DNA of 64,000 nucleotides, taken from the IMG/VR virus record IMGVR_UViG_3300050120_000115, positions 1 to 64,000 of that record. One strand, 5' to 3'. The notes beneath the pieces were generated by a model. The model was not told the DNA's origin, did not search any database, and saw only the letters and a list, made by a program, of their open reading frames with translations. Made by a program: the position numbers and the translations under genes. Below, one piece after another: positions 54,537 through 63,901 of this stretch. The DNA is from a virus. Every line of letters starts with the position of its first letter. The first letter of the stretch is position 1.

Positions 54537-55863
54537 AGATCTCTCGCAGTTTCGCCGTCCTGAAGGTTCTAAGAAGGACAAAAGTTCTACGTCACTAAAT
54601 TGGGGTAAGAATGGTAACGCATCTGCAATTTTTTCCGGGGGCACAGAAATACCAACGGACGCAGACATTCGTGCGCTGCTTGAAAGAGTTGGCAAGAACC
54701 CAGAAGACTACAATTGGGAAATAGTATCTGTATCTTGGAACTCTGCCTCTTGGCACCGTACTGAAGATGTGGCGGCCCAGTCAGTAAAGCACAGTGCGTT
54801 TACTGCACCCTCATGTGTAGTGAATATTAAGATTGCTCCTAAGTCTGAAGACGGGGACATGACGGTAGAGATTCGTCAGGCTCCCCCGCTAAAGGTGAGC
54901 GTTCAATCTACTAATCGTCTTCCTAAGCGTCGTACATCGGACTCTCTTAATTGTGCCGTCATTTACGCCGACTCGCAAATTTGGTACTGGTGTGATGTAA
55001 ATGGTGTATGGCACCCTACCCATGACGAAGCGGCCTTAGATATTGGACTTCAGATTACTGCAGATGTAGAGGCGGAGCACGGCATTGATGTCATGGTTGA
55101 CCTTGGAGACCTGGGCGACTTTCCTGTTGTATCCACACATCCTTCCCCGCTTGCCATGACTCTACACGCAAGCACGAATATGTCTGTTGCAAGAATCTCT
55201 CGCCTCATGGCAGAGCGTACCGCACTTAGTCCTAATGCAGAGATGCGCCGCTGGTTGCGTGGCAATCATGAACAGAGGTGGTCAGACTGGCTGGCTAATA
55301 ATGCACCTCACTTGGTTGGGCTCAAGAGGGCCGGAGAAGATGACCATCTTCCTATCCTAAGCCTTCAGTATCTTACAAGGTCAGAAGAATTGGGTTGGAC
55401 ACTGGGGGAGAGAAGTTATCCAAATGATATTTTCTGGCTCAATGAAAACACTCGATGCATTCATGGCACTCTCGGAAATACTCAGGTAGGAACTACCCTC
55501 AACAAATACTTACAGGAAGAAGTCAACACTATCGCAGGGCACACACCCCACGCAGGGCTGGCCTATAGAACTATCGCACGTCAGAACGGACCGCGCACGT
55601 ACATCGCTTGTACTCCCGGAGGCTTTATGCGCCGCGACGGAATGGTACCATCAGGTAACAATAAGAACACCGACATGGGTCAACCTAGCCAGAGCGATGG
55701 AGTCGGTTGGGAGCAGGGTATGGCAATCGTTTTTTACACTCCCGGCGCGGGGATAACGGTTCCACAGATAGAACACATTCCAATCTTCGACGGAAAGGCC
55801 GTATGGAGAGGTAAGGTATACACTGCTCGCTGTGACGTGGACGGTAACCCGTTAGATGTCTAG
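54529..55863 (+). CDS. calcineurin-like metallophosphoesterase
   Basis: DSQ, LGDLGD, RGNHE, IHG, GHTPH, WEQG motifs. Confidence 0.85.
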   Translation: MTKDLSQFRRPEGSKKDKSSTSLNWGKNGNASAIFSGGTEIPTDADIRALLERVGKNPEDYNWEIVSVSWNSASWHRTEDVAAQSVKHSAFTAPSCVVNIKIAPKSEDGDMTVEIRQAPPLKVSVQSTNRLPKRRTSDSLNCAVIYADSQIWYWCDVNGVWHPTHDEAALDIGLQITADVEAEHGIDVMVDLGDLGDFPVVSTHPSPLAMTLHASTNMSVARISRLMAERTALSPNAEMRRWLRGNHEQRWSDWLANNAPHLVGLKRAGEDDHLPILSLQYLTRSEELGWTLGERSYPNDIFWLNENTRCIHGTLGNTQVGTTLNKYLQEEVNTIAGHTPHAGLAYRTIARQNGPRTYIACTPGGFMRRDGMVPSGNNKNTDMGQPSQSDGVGWEQGMAIVFYTPGAGITVPQIEHIPIFDGKAVWRGKVYTARCDVDGNPLDV

Positions 55864-56128
55864 TCCTAAGTACGACGAAACTCGTAAAGTACAGAAGCCT
55901 CCTCTGGAGGACGTACTGAGTGTCAAGCGCAAGCGAGCGTGGCTACCTGCCCCAGAGGGCGACGTTCCCTGCGATGTGTGTGGACTGTTGTGTCCCCTGA
56001 ATCTTTATGAAGGCTTCGAAACTATTCATATAACCTGTAGTTACGGAGTGTCGGGGAAGCGCTGGGTGAAGGAACGTGCTAAGAGACTAAAGGCTGCTAT
56101 GTTAGCTGGGAATAGTCTCGGAATCTAG
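55856..56128 (+). CDS. Zn-binding hypothetical protein
   Basis: CDVC...H.TC. Confidence 0.55.
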   Translation: MSSPKYDETRKVQKPPLEDVLSVKRKRAWLPAPEGDVPCDVCGLLCPLNLYEGFETIHITCSYGVSGKRWVKERAKRLKAAMLAGNSLGI

Positions 56129-56461
56129 GAGTTCGGAGTACGCTTCTTCAGGTTCCATTCCCCGCGCGGAGAATTCTGAACGTTGTTTGCTGGTAGATCC
56201 GCCCCACGTATCCGTCACTTCTGGATTTTCCATCGCGTAAGTAAAACACTCTTTACGAACTGGGCAACGTCTACAGATTTCCAATCCACGCTGAGCATAT
56301 GCCGACTGGCCTTGGCCCGCGAACCACAGCTCCGTAGGTTCGCCGTTGCACAGAGCATCATACATCCATGGTGGGCGTTGACGACGTAACATCATTACAA
56401 AAGTGGCGATTTCCCATTCGGTAAACGAGATGACTGGATGAGAATCATTACTATTGCTCAC
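56102..56461 (-). CDS. whiB: WhiB-family Fe-S transcription factor
   Basis: W...ALC...WF...ICRRCPVRKEC..YA...WGG.T..QR. Confidence 0.9.
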   Translation of the reverse strand: MSNSNDSHPVISFTEWEIATFVMMLRRQRPPWMYDALCNGEPTELWFAGQGQSAYAQRGLEICRRCPVRKECFTYAMENPEVTDTWGGSTSKQRSEFSARGMEPEEAYSELLDSETIPS

Positions 56462-56612
56462 TTAGGTTCAACTCCTTGTAAATATGGAGATGAGCTGCGG
56501 CATGAGCCATTGGGCGATTGGATTCCCTACCTGAAAGATTTCCACACGAACATGTTAATTTAAAACCATCCCCATCTGGGGTAATGTCTACATAGTGTGT
56601 GGTATTCTTCAT
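56451..56612 (-). CDS. small Zn-finger-like protein
   Basis: CSCG...A..H; coupled to neighbours. Confidence 0.55.
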   Translation of the reverse strand: MKNTTHYVDITPDGDGFKLTCSCGNLSGRESNRPMAHAAAHLHIYKELNLSEQ

Positions 56613-57019
56613 TCTATAAAGCCCCTTAGTTTTGCTTCTTTTGGATTTATGGTGACATAGTGGTGGCATATTCTACATGCCGCACGGAATTGCTGATTTT
56701 CGTCACCGTTATTCGGGACCTTATTTCCTCCGCGCGAGCGAAGTTTTACTTCGTGTACATCAACTGCTTCGCCCTGGCACTCATCATTCCAGCGTATCTC
56801 ACACTCGGGATGACGGTCCAGAAAATCTTGAACGAACGGTATACGCTCTTCTTCATAAAACTTCTGAGTCTTCTCAGATCTAGCTGCTATCTTCTTCCCC
56901 CCTCTTCGCAGGGGGGATTTTTGCTTAATGGACTCCGAGATACTGGTCGAGCTGCTCCGCGTAAACGGAGTTCTCGCGAGAGAGCCGTGCGATTTCAAAG
57001 TCTTTCTTTTCAATGACAT
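56609..57019 (-). CDS. HNH-like endonuclease with basic N-terminus
   Basis: CE...C.G.AVDVHE...RSRGG...CR.CH...P.EA..RG. Confidence 0.75.
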   Translation of the reverse strand: MSLKRKTLKSHGSLARTPFTRSSSTSISESIKQKSPLRRGGKKIAARSEKTQKFYEEERIPFVQDFLDRHPECEIRWNDECQGEAVDVHEVKLRSRGGNKVPNNGDENQQFRAACRICHHYVTINPKEAKLRGFIE

Positions 57020-57089
57020 GTTCTAACTCAAAAATCTGGGACTCAAGCCCGTGTATATAGTCTAGAGTGGCCTCATCATATTCCATACT

Positions 57090-57461
57090 TTACCCTCCTG
57101 TGCTTGTTCGGTAATTGGCATTCAGGGTTTGGAGCGCACCAATCTCGTCTCTTATCGAGAACAGTGCTTGCTTGTGAGCCTCTCGCTTCGCGGAAGTGGA
57201 CTCCATTTCAAAGCGTTCATCTTCAGTGTTAATGGTAGCAAGATCGTCAGCAGCATCCCCACTAACTTTCACTCCATCTACTACTCCCAAGACACGGGCC
57301 TGGAAACGTTCCTTAGCGAACTTTGTCTTAAAGGCCGCTTCTGCCCGACCAGCATTTTCTATCACCTCTAAGTACGTACTGGTAAGGTGATCCTGACGGT
57401 TGATGGCAGAGCGCAACCTGTTCTCTATATCTATAATGGAAAGGGGAGCACGCTCAGTCAA
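57090..57461 (-). CDS. helical hypothetical protein (recombination-mediator-like)
   Basis: coiled-coil pattern; no definitive motif. Confidence 0.6.
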   Translation of the reverse strand: MTERAPLSIIDIENRLRSAINRQDHLTSTYLEVIENAGRAEAAFKTKFAKERFQARVLGVVDGVKVSGDAADDLATINTEDERFEMESTSAKREAHKQALFSIRDEIGALQTLNANYRTSTGG

Positions 57462-57463
57462 GA

Positions 57464-57793
57464 CTAGACCTCGTGTGTTCCCTCAACGTCGCGGGCCTCG
57501 CGCTCGGCGGTACGGTCATTCAACCAATGAAGTGCCTCTTCGAGCTTGGTAATAGCCAGTGCGTTCTGACGACAAGCAAACTTACCACCGTTAGCAGACT
57601 GGTAGAAGTAGATGCGTTGCTTGGCCACCGCTATGAGAGTCTCCACGAAGGCACCATTAGGTTCCTGCCGATCTTCTCCGCGTCCCAGGGGTCCGTTCTG
57701 CCACAACACGGAAAACCCAATGCCGGAAGCGTAACCCCCTGAGGGATTCCCGTCATTGTCTAGGTCATTAACTGCAGTAAATTTAGCTAGCAT
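57464..57793 (-). CDS. tad1: Tad1-family anti-Thoeris/anti-CBASS nucleotide sponge
   Basis: WQNGP...NG..VE.LI....R...Q....FACRQNALAITKLEEALHWL..RT.ER..R.VEGT. Confidence 0.8.
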   Translation of the reverse strand: MLAKFTAVNDLDNDGNPSGGYASGIGFSVLWQNGPLGRGEDRQEPNGAFVETLIAVAKQRIYFYQSANGGKFACRQNALAITKLEEALHWLNDRTAEREARDVEGTHEV

Positions 57794-57932
57794 GATTATT
57801 CTCCTAGTGCATACTCTTCGTAGCGCTTAGCGGTTCCAACCACATCTACACCCGTTTTTTTAGCTGATTCAATGGCCAGTTGCAAAAATAGTGTTTTCAG
57901 AGCTACCAGTTCACCATCTATGGTCTTTTCTC

Positions 57933-58175
57933 TCATGATTTACCTTTCTTAATGTTCTGTAGCACCATATTCTTGATGGTACGTGTTACTTGAAATCCGA
58001 CTCCGGCGAGAAGGAAAATCCAAAGATGGTGAGTATGGGTGGCAACCGCCCACCACACTAATCCAATAACCCCACCAGTAATGGTGATGATAAGAAGCGC
58101 CATTAATAGCACTCCACTAGCTACTACGTATGCTTGACTCTTAGTTAAGTCATTGAGCGGTGACTGTTCTTTCAT
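57933..58175 (-). CDS. small membrane protein
   Basis: two hydrophobic segments. Confidence 0.6.
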   Translation of the reverse strand: MKEQSPLNDLTKSQAYVVASGVLLMALLIITITGGVIGLVWWAVATHTHHLWIFLLAGVGFQVTRTIKNMVLQNIKKGKS

Positions 58176-58621
58176 TGCGATTTCCTTTTATTTGCTGTTA
58201 TTTTTGCGCAAGCCCTACACCTGCGCGCACCATCTGGATCAATGTACAGATTACTTCCTTGGTATTCGTGTCCGCGAGGACAATGGGTTTTTCTACCTTG
58301 ACCATTATCTATAGCATTATCCACATTAGACAATAATCTTAAATGATTAGGATTGCAACATGGCCTGTTCTTGCATATGTGATCTACCGTCATTCCTTTT
58401 GGTATATATCCGTTAACAGACATCCACACAACTCTGTGTGCTGTTGTCCCCGCGTTACCTCCATCCCCAGTTCTCCACCCAATTTGTCCATAGCCATGAT
58501 TCCCTATACTAAGTTTCCAAGGCCAACAGTCATCTTCTAACCCAATGTTAACCCTGTCAAAGACTCTATCTATTACTCTTTGAGGAACTTCTTGCGTGGA
58601 AGGCGGTGCGCACTTATCCAT
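58172..58621 (-). CDS. free-standing HNH endonuclease
   Basis: CWPW...GYG...AHRV.W...VDH.C.N..C.NP.HL...N; KTHCPRGH. Confidence 0.9.
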   Translation of the reverse strand: MDKCAPPSTQEVPQRVIDRVFDRVNIGLEDDCWPWKLSIGNHGYGQIGWRTGDGGNAGTTAHRVVWMSVNGYIPKGMTVDHICKNRPCCNPNHLRLLSNVDNAIDNGQGRKTHCPRGHEYQGSNLYIDPDGARRCRACAKITANKRKSQ

Positions 58622-58623
58622 GG

Positions 58624-59052
58624 CTAAAATGGAGGCTCTTCATCAAACGCATACGTTACTGGAGCGGCCTTGGTATATCCATTTGTTTCGGAACGGGGAG
58701 TACGGAGAACTGAGGCAGTTGCCCATTTCAAACTTGGAGCAATTTCATCAGCGTTGATCTCAAATGCATTACGCTTCTCTCCAGTTACAGTTTCGTAGGA
58801 GCGCTGTTCTAGCCTACCCGTTACCACCACCCTGTCTCCCCGACCTAGAGAAATAGCTACGTTCTCCGCTAGCGGACCATACGCAACCACGTCGAAGAAG
58901 GAGGTTGATTCCTCCCACTCTTGACTCTGACGATTCTGCCAGCGGCGATTGACCGCTACTCCTAGCTGTACACTGGCCTGCCCTGAGTTCAGGAACTTAA
59001 GTTGTGGATCGCGAGTTACATTACCCGAAACCGTTATAGTGTTATCTGACAT
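58624..59052 (-). CDS. ssb: single-stranded DNA-binding protein
   Basis: GNVTRDP, AVNRRWQNRQ..EWEE.TSFFDVV, GRLEQRS, C-terminal EEPPF. Confidence 0.95.
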   Translation of the reverse strand: MSDNTITVSGNVTRDPQLKFLNSGQASVQLGVAVNRRWQNRQSQEWEESTSFFDVVAYGPLAENVAISLGRGDRVVVTGRLEQRSYETVTGEKRNAFEINADEIAPSLKWATASVLRTPRSETNGYTKAAPVTYAFDEEPPF

Positions 59053-59270
59053 TATTCTGCCTCCGTAAAATCGATGTAGTAATCCTTGCCGAGATTCAAG
59101 TGGGCTGGCGTTTCGGAGGTCTTAATGCTTACTGAGATCTCTCCGCTGGGGGTTGTCCTGAAGAATTCCTCGTTCTCCAGCGACGATCCTGCCTGCACCG
59201 GACGCAACTTGAAGTTGACCGTTCCATACATGTCTCGCGTCTCCGAATAGCATGTAAACTTTGCTCTCAT
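59052..59270 (-). CDS. conserved hypothetical phage protein
   Basis: RAKF.C...EN..FF..TPSG.I...GK.YYIDF. Confidence 0.7.
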   Translation of the reverse strand: MRAKFTCYSETRDMYGTVNFKLRPVQAGSSLENEEFFRTTPSGEISVSIKTSETPAHLNLGKDYYIDFTEAE

Positions 59271-59279
59271 GATTATCTC

Positions 59280-60092
59280 TTACTTTCTAGCCAACGGTGT
59301 GTAATTCGGGTGTGCCTCAAGCTTGGCCTTAACCCGCTTGAACTCGTCTACTGTCAACTCATCGTTGGCACTGATGCTCCGGCCAATGATGTTATCGATG
59401 AGGTCACGCATACCCTGGTCGTCCATTCCGATGTTCTTGATGGATACAGCCCAGATCATTTGAGACTGTGCTTTGGAAACGAGGGTTCCAGTGGGCGCTG
59501 GTGCGGAGCCTGCAGTGTTAGCGATCTTCTCGTTCATCCCCGTTGTCGGCGCCGGAGCAGAAGGTGCGGGTGCTGATCGAGATGACTGCTGATTTTGCGC
59601 CGGGGCGGGACGAGGGGTTTCAGGAGCGATACCCACTACCTTCGTACCTACTGTATCGGGATCTGGGTCACCAGTCACAAGCTTGAACTGCTGCTTATAA
59701 AAATACTTCTCAGCCATTGACATAGCCGCCGCCATGGATTTGTCGTTCGAGTTTTCATTCTCCCCGACAACGATTGCAGTGGTGTGAGAATTGTCAGGGC
59801 CGGTCATCTCGTAGGCCATAATGACCTGAGCCCAGTGCTGGTGACCGATTACCGTTCCTTCATGGTTGAAGATATCAGTATCCCACGACTTAGCACTCTG
59901 TAGCTGCGGAACAATATTAAGATTTTCCTCTACCAGAAGTGGCTGGATAGCCTCAATAATCTGCTCAATGCCTACAACCTTATAGTCCCTTCCGCCTCCG
60001 ATGCCAGCTACCTCTACACCTTTTTGAAGACGGCCAACCCTTCCGGTAACGGCAAGAATAGCCTCGTGAACCGACTTTGAACCTACAGCCAT
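59280..60092 (-). CDS. ERF-family ssDNA-annealing protein
   Basis: DK....AMS.A.KY...F...TGDPDPD. Confidence 0.8.
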   Translation of the reverse strand: MAVGSKSVHEAILAVTGRVGRLQKGVEVAGIGGGRDYKVVGIEQIIEAIQPLLVEENLNIVPQLQSAKSWDTDIFNHEGTVIGHQHWAQVIMAYEMTGPDNSHTTAIVVGENENSNDKSMAAAMSMAEKYFYKQQFKLVTGDPDPDTVGTKVVGIAPETPRPAPAQNQQSSRSAPAPSAPAPTTGMNEKIANTAGSAPAPTGTLVSKAQSQMIWAVSIKNIGMDDQGMRDLIDNIIGRSISANDELTVDEFKRVKAKLEAHPNYTPLARK

Positions 60093-60119
60093 TTTATTCC
60101 TCCAATTCGATCTGTTCTC

Positions 60120-60148
60120 AGTATAGCAGGTTGCTGTACTAAAGTCAA
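60120..60148 (-). promoter_or_regulatory. promoter
   Basis: TTGACT-N17-TATACT with TGn; GGAGG RBS downstream. Confidence 0.75.
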
Positions 60149-60166
60149 CACGTATTTCGTTTTTCT

Positions 60167-60397
60167 TTAATGCTCATTCATCAGGTGGATCATTAATTCG
60201 TACTCCGGGCCAGAACCAATGAACACATAAGGAGCCTTGGGTCGCGTTTGGAATAGCCCCTGAGCAGGTTCGATGGTGTACAGATCTGCTAGCACTACTT
60301 CGGGATCGTTTTCCATGGTCGGGTCAACCAACACCGTTACAATATCCGACTCCGGGGGAAGGGTCCTTAAGTGCGAGACCAACTCAATTACATTCAT
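60167..60397 (-). CDS. hypothetical protein
   Basis: M.V.EL...L..LP N-terminus; coupled. Confidence 0.6.
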   Translation of the reverse strand: MNVIELVSHLRTLPPESDIVTVLVDPTMENDPEVVLADLYTIEPAQGLFQTRPKAPYVFIGSGPEYELMIHLMNEH

Positions 60398-60633
60398 GCT
60401 ATCAAGTTGAAGTGACTACCAGCTCTATATGCTATTTCCGCAACGCGGCCAAGACGGTCTTCAATATCCTTGATCATATCGTATTGTTGGTTAACCACGG
60501 CCACCAGACTAACTATGTCCTGTCGCAATCCTTTATTCTCATCCCCCAGACGGTTAACCTCATAAACAATACTCTCCACATACTTGCGAGTATGCCAGCT
60601 ATCAAAATCAGTCCACTCTGGTGCTCTAATCAT
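60394..60633 (-). CDS. hypothetical coiled-coil protein
   Basis: ATGA coupling on both sides. Confidence 0.6.
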   Translation of the reverse strand: MIRAPEWTDFDSWHTRKYVESIVYEVNRLGDENKGLRQDIVSLVAVVNQQYDMIKDIEDRLGRVAEIAYRAGSHFNLIA

Positions 60634-60823
60634 AGGTCCTCTCCCATGCTCATCTGCCAGTCATCGTACTCTCTGCTAGACCTTGACACTTCTTTGTCTT
60701 CAAGTTCCGTCAGCCTGTCATTCAACGCATCTACGTTAGCTACTAGATTGAGTATGATGTCCGTGCGCACCTCTCCAGGAAGATCGTCCCACGGGATTAC
60801 TGAGGACGTGCCTTCGCCCCACA

Positions 60824-61885
60824 TTATTTCACCAGCAAAGTTCGAGAACCGGGGGAGGACTTCAAGTAACGAGACCACACCTCAGGCTCAGAAGCTTCCA
60901 GAGATTTAGCATCAAAGGTTGTACGGTCCTGGCCAGACTTAAAGGTCAGTACCAGTTCGTTACTGTATACCGCTGCTTCGTGATCCCCTAGTCTAGATAC
61001 AATCTTGGTACGTAGGGCCTTCTCTCTCTCGGTAGCCTTCTTAGTTTCCTCTTTCGCCGCGACGAAATTCTGCACCATTAGATAGTCATCGTCATCCATG
61101 TCGAGAACCTTGTCCGGGGTAGAGCGGGGGAAGCGGGCAGAGATTAACTCCTCCGTCGTGTCAGAGCCATCGATTTCTGGCTCAATCTCGTATACAACGT
61201 TAGCCCAAAAAGCGGACTCTGCCTCACAGATGTCCAGAGCAACCTTGTCATCCCAGATTAAATCGTCATCGGGGAGTTTTCCTAGTTTTCGAACGACCAG
61301 TCCTTGTCCGCCAACAAGAGCAGCGAAAGTAACATGGTATACTTCAATACCCAAAGACGCAAGAACGATGCCATAGTGGTAGCCCTGAATAAGATATGTC
61401 TCTGGTACCTTACCTTTAGCCCATTTGTTCGCCGCGCCGTTGGTAGCGATACCCGTGGTTTTAACTTCCACGATGTCTATGATGCCAGGGGGGATCTCCG
61501 TGCTGTGCCAAACCGTCACTTTCCCCGCTGGGAATTGCTCAGAGGGTTCTACCTCAACGTAGTCCAGGTTCACGAACATAAAAGGGTAGTCGGGGGAAGA
61601 GGACCAAGCAAGGACGGGCCACTCAACAAGAGCCTTGTTAAACTTCTGAGCGTAGGCTTCTCCAATGACTGGCTCCAGACGATGCCCCCACTCTGTCGCT
61701 TCGTTCCCTGTGAACTCTCTAACAGTTTTACCGGCCTTCTCACTCCAAAGCTGGAATGAACTTCCGTACTGATTAAGCCCCAAAATTGTACCGGCGTCTG
61801 ACCCGCCGATGCCTTTAGCGCGTTCGGCTAGCCACTCTTCCTCCGATAGATCCCAAGTTGGGATTATGTTAACACTCAACTCCAC
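60824..61885 (-). CDS. YqaJ/lambda-exonuclease-like recombinase nuclease
   Basis: EEWL..R..GIGGSD...G...Y.S..QLW.EK, WG..LEP, EVKT, P..Y..Q. Confidence 0.9.
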   Translation of the reverse strand: MELSVNIIPTWDLSEEEWLAERAKGIGGSDAGTILGLNQYGSSFQLWSEKAGKTVREFTGNEATEWGHRLEPVIGEAYAQKFNKALVEWPVLAWSSSPDYPFMFVNLDYVEVEPSEQFPAGKVTVWHSTEIPPGIIDIVEVKTTGIATNGAANKWAKGKVPETYLIQGYHYGIVLASLGIEVYHVTFAALVGGQGLVVRKLGKLPDDDLIWDDKVALDICEAESAFWANVVYEIEPEIDGSDTTEELISARFPRSTPDKVLDMDDDDYLMVQNFVAAKEETKKATEREKALRTKIVSRLGDHEAAVYSNELVLTFKSGQDRTTFDAKSLEASEPEVWSRYLKSSPGSRTLLVK

Positions 61886-62154
61886 TCCTCTACTAATTCA
61901 TACGTCTGTGCAAAGATGTCTGGTTTACAGGGATAAAACTCTTCAGCCACACCCTTAATTACGTAATCCCCCTGCTTGGCTATCATTGTTCCCTCTAGTG
62001 TTTCTATCTCTAGTTGCTTGATGTCACTGGTAGCAATCACGGGTTCAACGTACTGAGAACCAGCTATCCATTTATTGATGGCTATGACGTGTGACGTACT
62101 TCCACCAAATTTTATGGCCTCTACCTCAACTGGTTTCTTACGGTATCTTGCCAT
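61876..62154 (-). CDS. conserved phage protein (KKPV..EA / TLEG / GDY.IKG / YPCKPDIF family)
   Basis: signature motifs of a widespread uncharacterised phage family. Confidence 0.8.
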   Translation of the reverse strand: MARYRKKPVEVEAIKFGGSTSHVIAINKWIAGSQYVEPVIATSDIKQLEIETLEGTMIAKQGDYVIKGVAEEFYPCKPDIFAQTYELVEEWS

Positions 62155-62384
62155 TATTTTTTACCTTTCGCGAGACGAATACTACGGGCGATATTTTCCT
62201 CTAGATCTATCTTACCACCATCATGCAGGGAGGCACACGTTGCGTGGACGTTGCCCAGTGAAATGCCGGTGGCTTTTTGAAGGTCGCGGTAGGACGGACC
62301 ATAACTGCGCTCCTTGTACCACTCCTTAATAGCAGAGAGTACTATGCGTTCGTTGTCAAGTCGTTTGTCCATGGTGTTCATCAT
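62154..62384 (-). CDS. stand-alone LexA-type DNA-binding domain
   Basis: I..W.....YGPSYRDL....G.S...VH.....L...G.I......ARSIRL; no peptidase domain. Confidence 0.75.
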   Translation of the reverse strand: MMNTMDKRLDNERIVLSAIKEWYKERSYGPSYRDLQKATGISLGNVHATCASLHDGGKIDLEENIARSIRLAKGKK

Positions 62385-62608
62385 TTCCCCCGCGCCAAAA
62401 AAACTCCGAGTAATTCATCGTCACTCATTCGTTGGGCCGCCTTGTCGGTAGCAGGTGCCCAACCCCACCAATTACATTGGTGGCAATAGCAGGGGTTTCT
62501 ATTTCCTTCTCCGTCATTACAATAATACTGAGGGGGGTCACTAGTTAGGATCATTCTTGTATCAGGAATATGTCTCATTCCTCCCCCTCCGAAAATTCTG
62601 CATCCCAA
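62381..62608 (-). CDS. Cys-rich hypothetical protein
   Basis: LTSDPPQY.C...C.C..C.W.G; start uncertain. Confidence 0.5.
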   Translation of the reverse strand: MGCRIFGGGGMRHIPDTRMILTSDPPQYYCNDGEGNRNPCYCHQCNWWGWAPATDKAAQRMSDDELLGVFLARGK

Positions 62609-62892
62609 TCCTCTGGTGTTCCAAGTCTCACTACGTGGATGAAGAAGTCTCCATTATCGTCATCCATCTCCTTGTCGGACATTGGTACCCCAGCATGATT
62701 CATGCAGACTTGATCAGTACAGTAACCATTGTCTACTCCATACTGTAGCCACGTATCAAAGTTCATCTCCGGCGACTCAATTTTTTCGGCGGGGAGAATA
62801 CGGGTTATACCAGGACCGCATATTGGACAGTCTTCGTCATCTAAGTGACTCGACTCGTAGTGCGTTTGCGCTCCACAGTTATATATTCTCAT
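62575..62892 (-). CDS. acidic Cys/His hypothetical protein
   Basis: CPICG; F.TW..YG...G.C...C..H.G.P. Confidence 0.65.
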   Translation of the reverse strand: MRIYNCGAQTHYESSHLDDEDCPICGPGITRILPAEKIESPEMNFDTWLQYGVDNGYCTDQVCMNHAGVPMSDKEMDDDNGDFFIHVVRLGTPEDWDAEFSEGEE

Positions 62893-63901
62893 TGGTCTCC
62901 CCGAACATTGCCTTATCTACTGCCTCTTTAACCATGGCGTAAGTCTCAGGTTCGTTAGATAGGCGCTCCTTACCCTTCGTCTGACCATTCGCGAATTTCT
63001 CACCCTCGAAGTAGGTCCATGATCCGTTGTCCATCTTGGCGAGCACTCCCGTCTTAACTGCCGCGTCATAGAGGGAATTTTCCTTCGCCGCGCCCTTGCC
63101 CAAAATGATGTCAAACTTAGCCACCTTGTACGCAGCGGCCATCTTGTTTTTCACTACCTTTACTTCGGTTTTGTTTCCAATGATGGTATCACCATCCTTG
63201 ATGGCGTCCCGCTTACGAATATCAAGACGAATAGATGCGTAAAATTTGAGGGCGCGTCCCCCACTGGTCGTCTCCGGTGATCCGTATTGGACACCGATTT
63301 TCTCACGTAATTGGTTAATGAAGAAGAGGATTGTTCCAGAACGTGCAGTACTTGATACAAGTTTAGCTAGACCATCGCTCATAACCTTGGCGAGACGACC
63401 GATATTAGCATCCCCGATCTCACCCTCTAATGCGGCTCGGGGAACCATGGAGTTTACAGAGTCAATGACGATGACACCGAACCGTTCACTTCGTGCCAGG
63501 CGATTAGCAATCTCAAGAACCTGCTCAGCGGTATCTGGTTGTGAAAGGTATAGATCGTCTACGTTAACGTCGAGGGCACGCATGTACTCGGGGTCAATGG
63601 CATACTCCATGTCAAGATAGGCGCAAAGAAGTCCGGCCTTCTGCGCCTCAGCAACCAAGTGGATAGCCAGGGTTGACTTGCCGCTGGATTCTGGCCCATA
63701 AACCTCTACAATTCTACCACGCGGGAAACCACCGATCCCAAGAGCATCGTCTAGAGAAGGGATACCAGAAGAGATAGCCTCCGTGGGGACAATGGTATCA
63801 TCACCCATACGGATGATGGAACCCTTGCCGAAGGTAGCATCGATGTCAGCTAGGACACTCTTAAGACGATCCTCCGTAGCTATCGGTTTCTTAACTACCA
63901 T
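62879..63901 (-). CDS. recA: RecA recombinase
   Basis: FGKGSI, LDDALGIGG.PRGRIVE.YGPESSGKST, VIDSV, FINQLREKIG, GGRALKFYAS.R. Confidence 0.97.
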   Translation of the reverse strand: MVVKKPIATEDRLKSVLADIDATFGKGSIIRMGDDTIVPTEAISSGIPSLDDALGIGGFPRGRIVEVYGPESSGKSTLAIHLVAEAQKAGLLCAYLDMEYAIDPEYMRALDVNVDDLYLSQPDTAEQVLEIANRLARSERFGVIVIDSVNSMVPRAALEGEIGDANIGRLAKVMSDGLAKLVSSTARSGTILFFINQLREKIGVQYGSPETTSGGRALKFYASIRLDIRKRDAIKDGDTIIGNKTEVKVVKNKMAAAYKVAKFDIILGKGAAKENSLYDAAVKTGVLAKMDNGSWTYFEGEKFANGQTKGKERLSNEPETYAMVKEAVDKAMFGETNENI

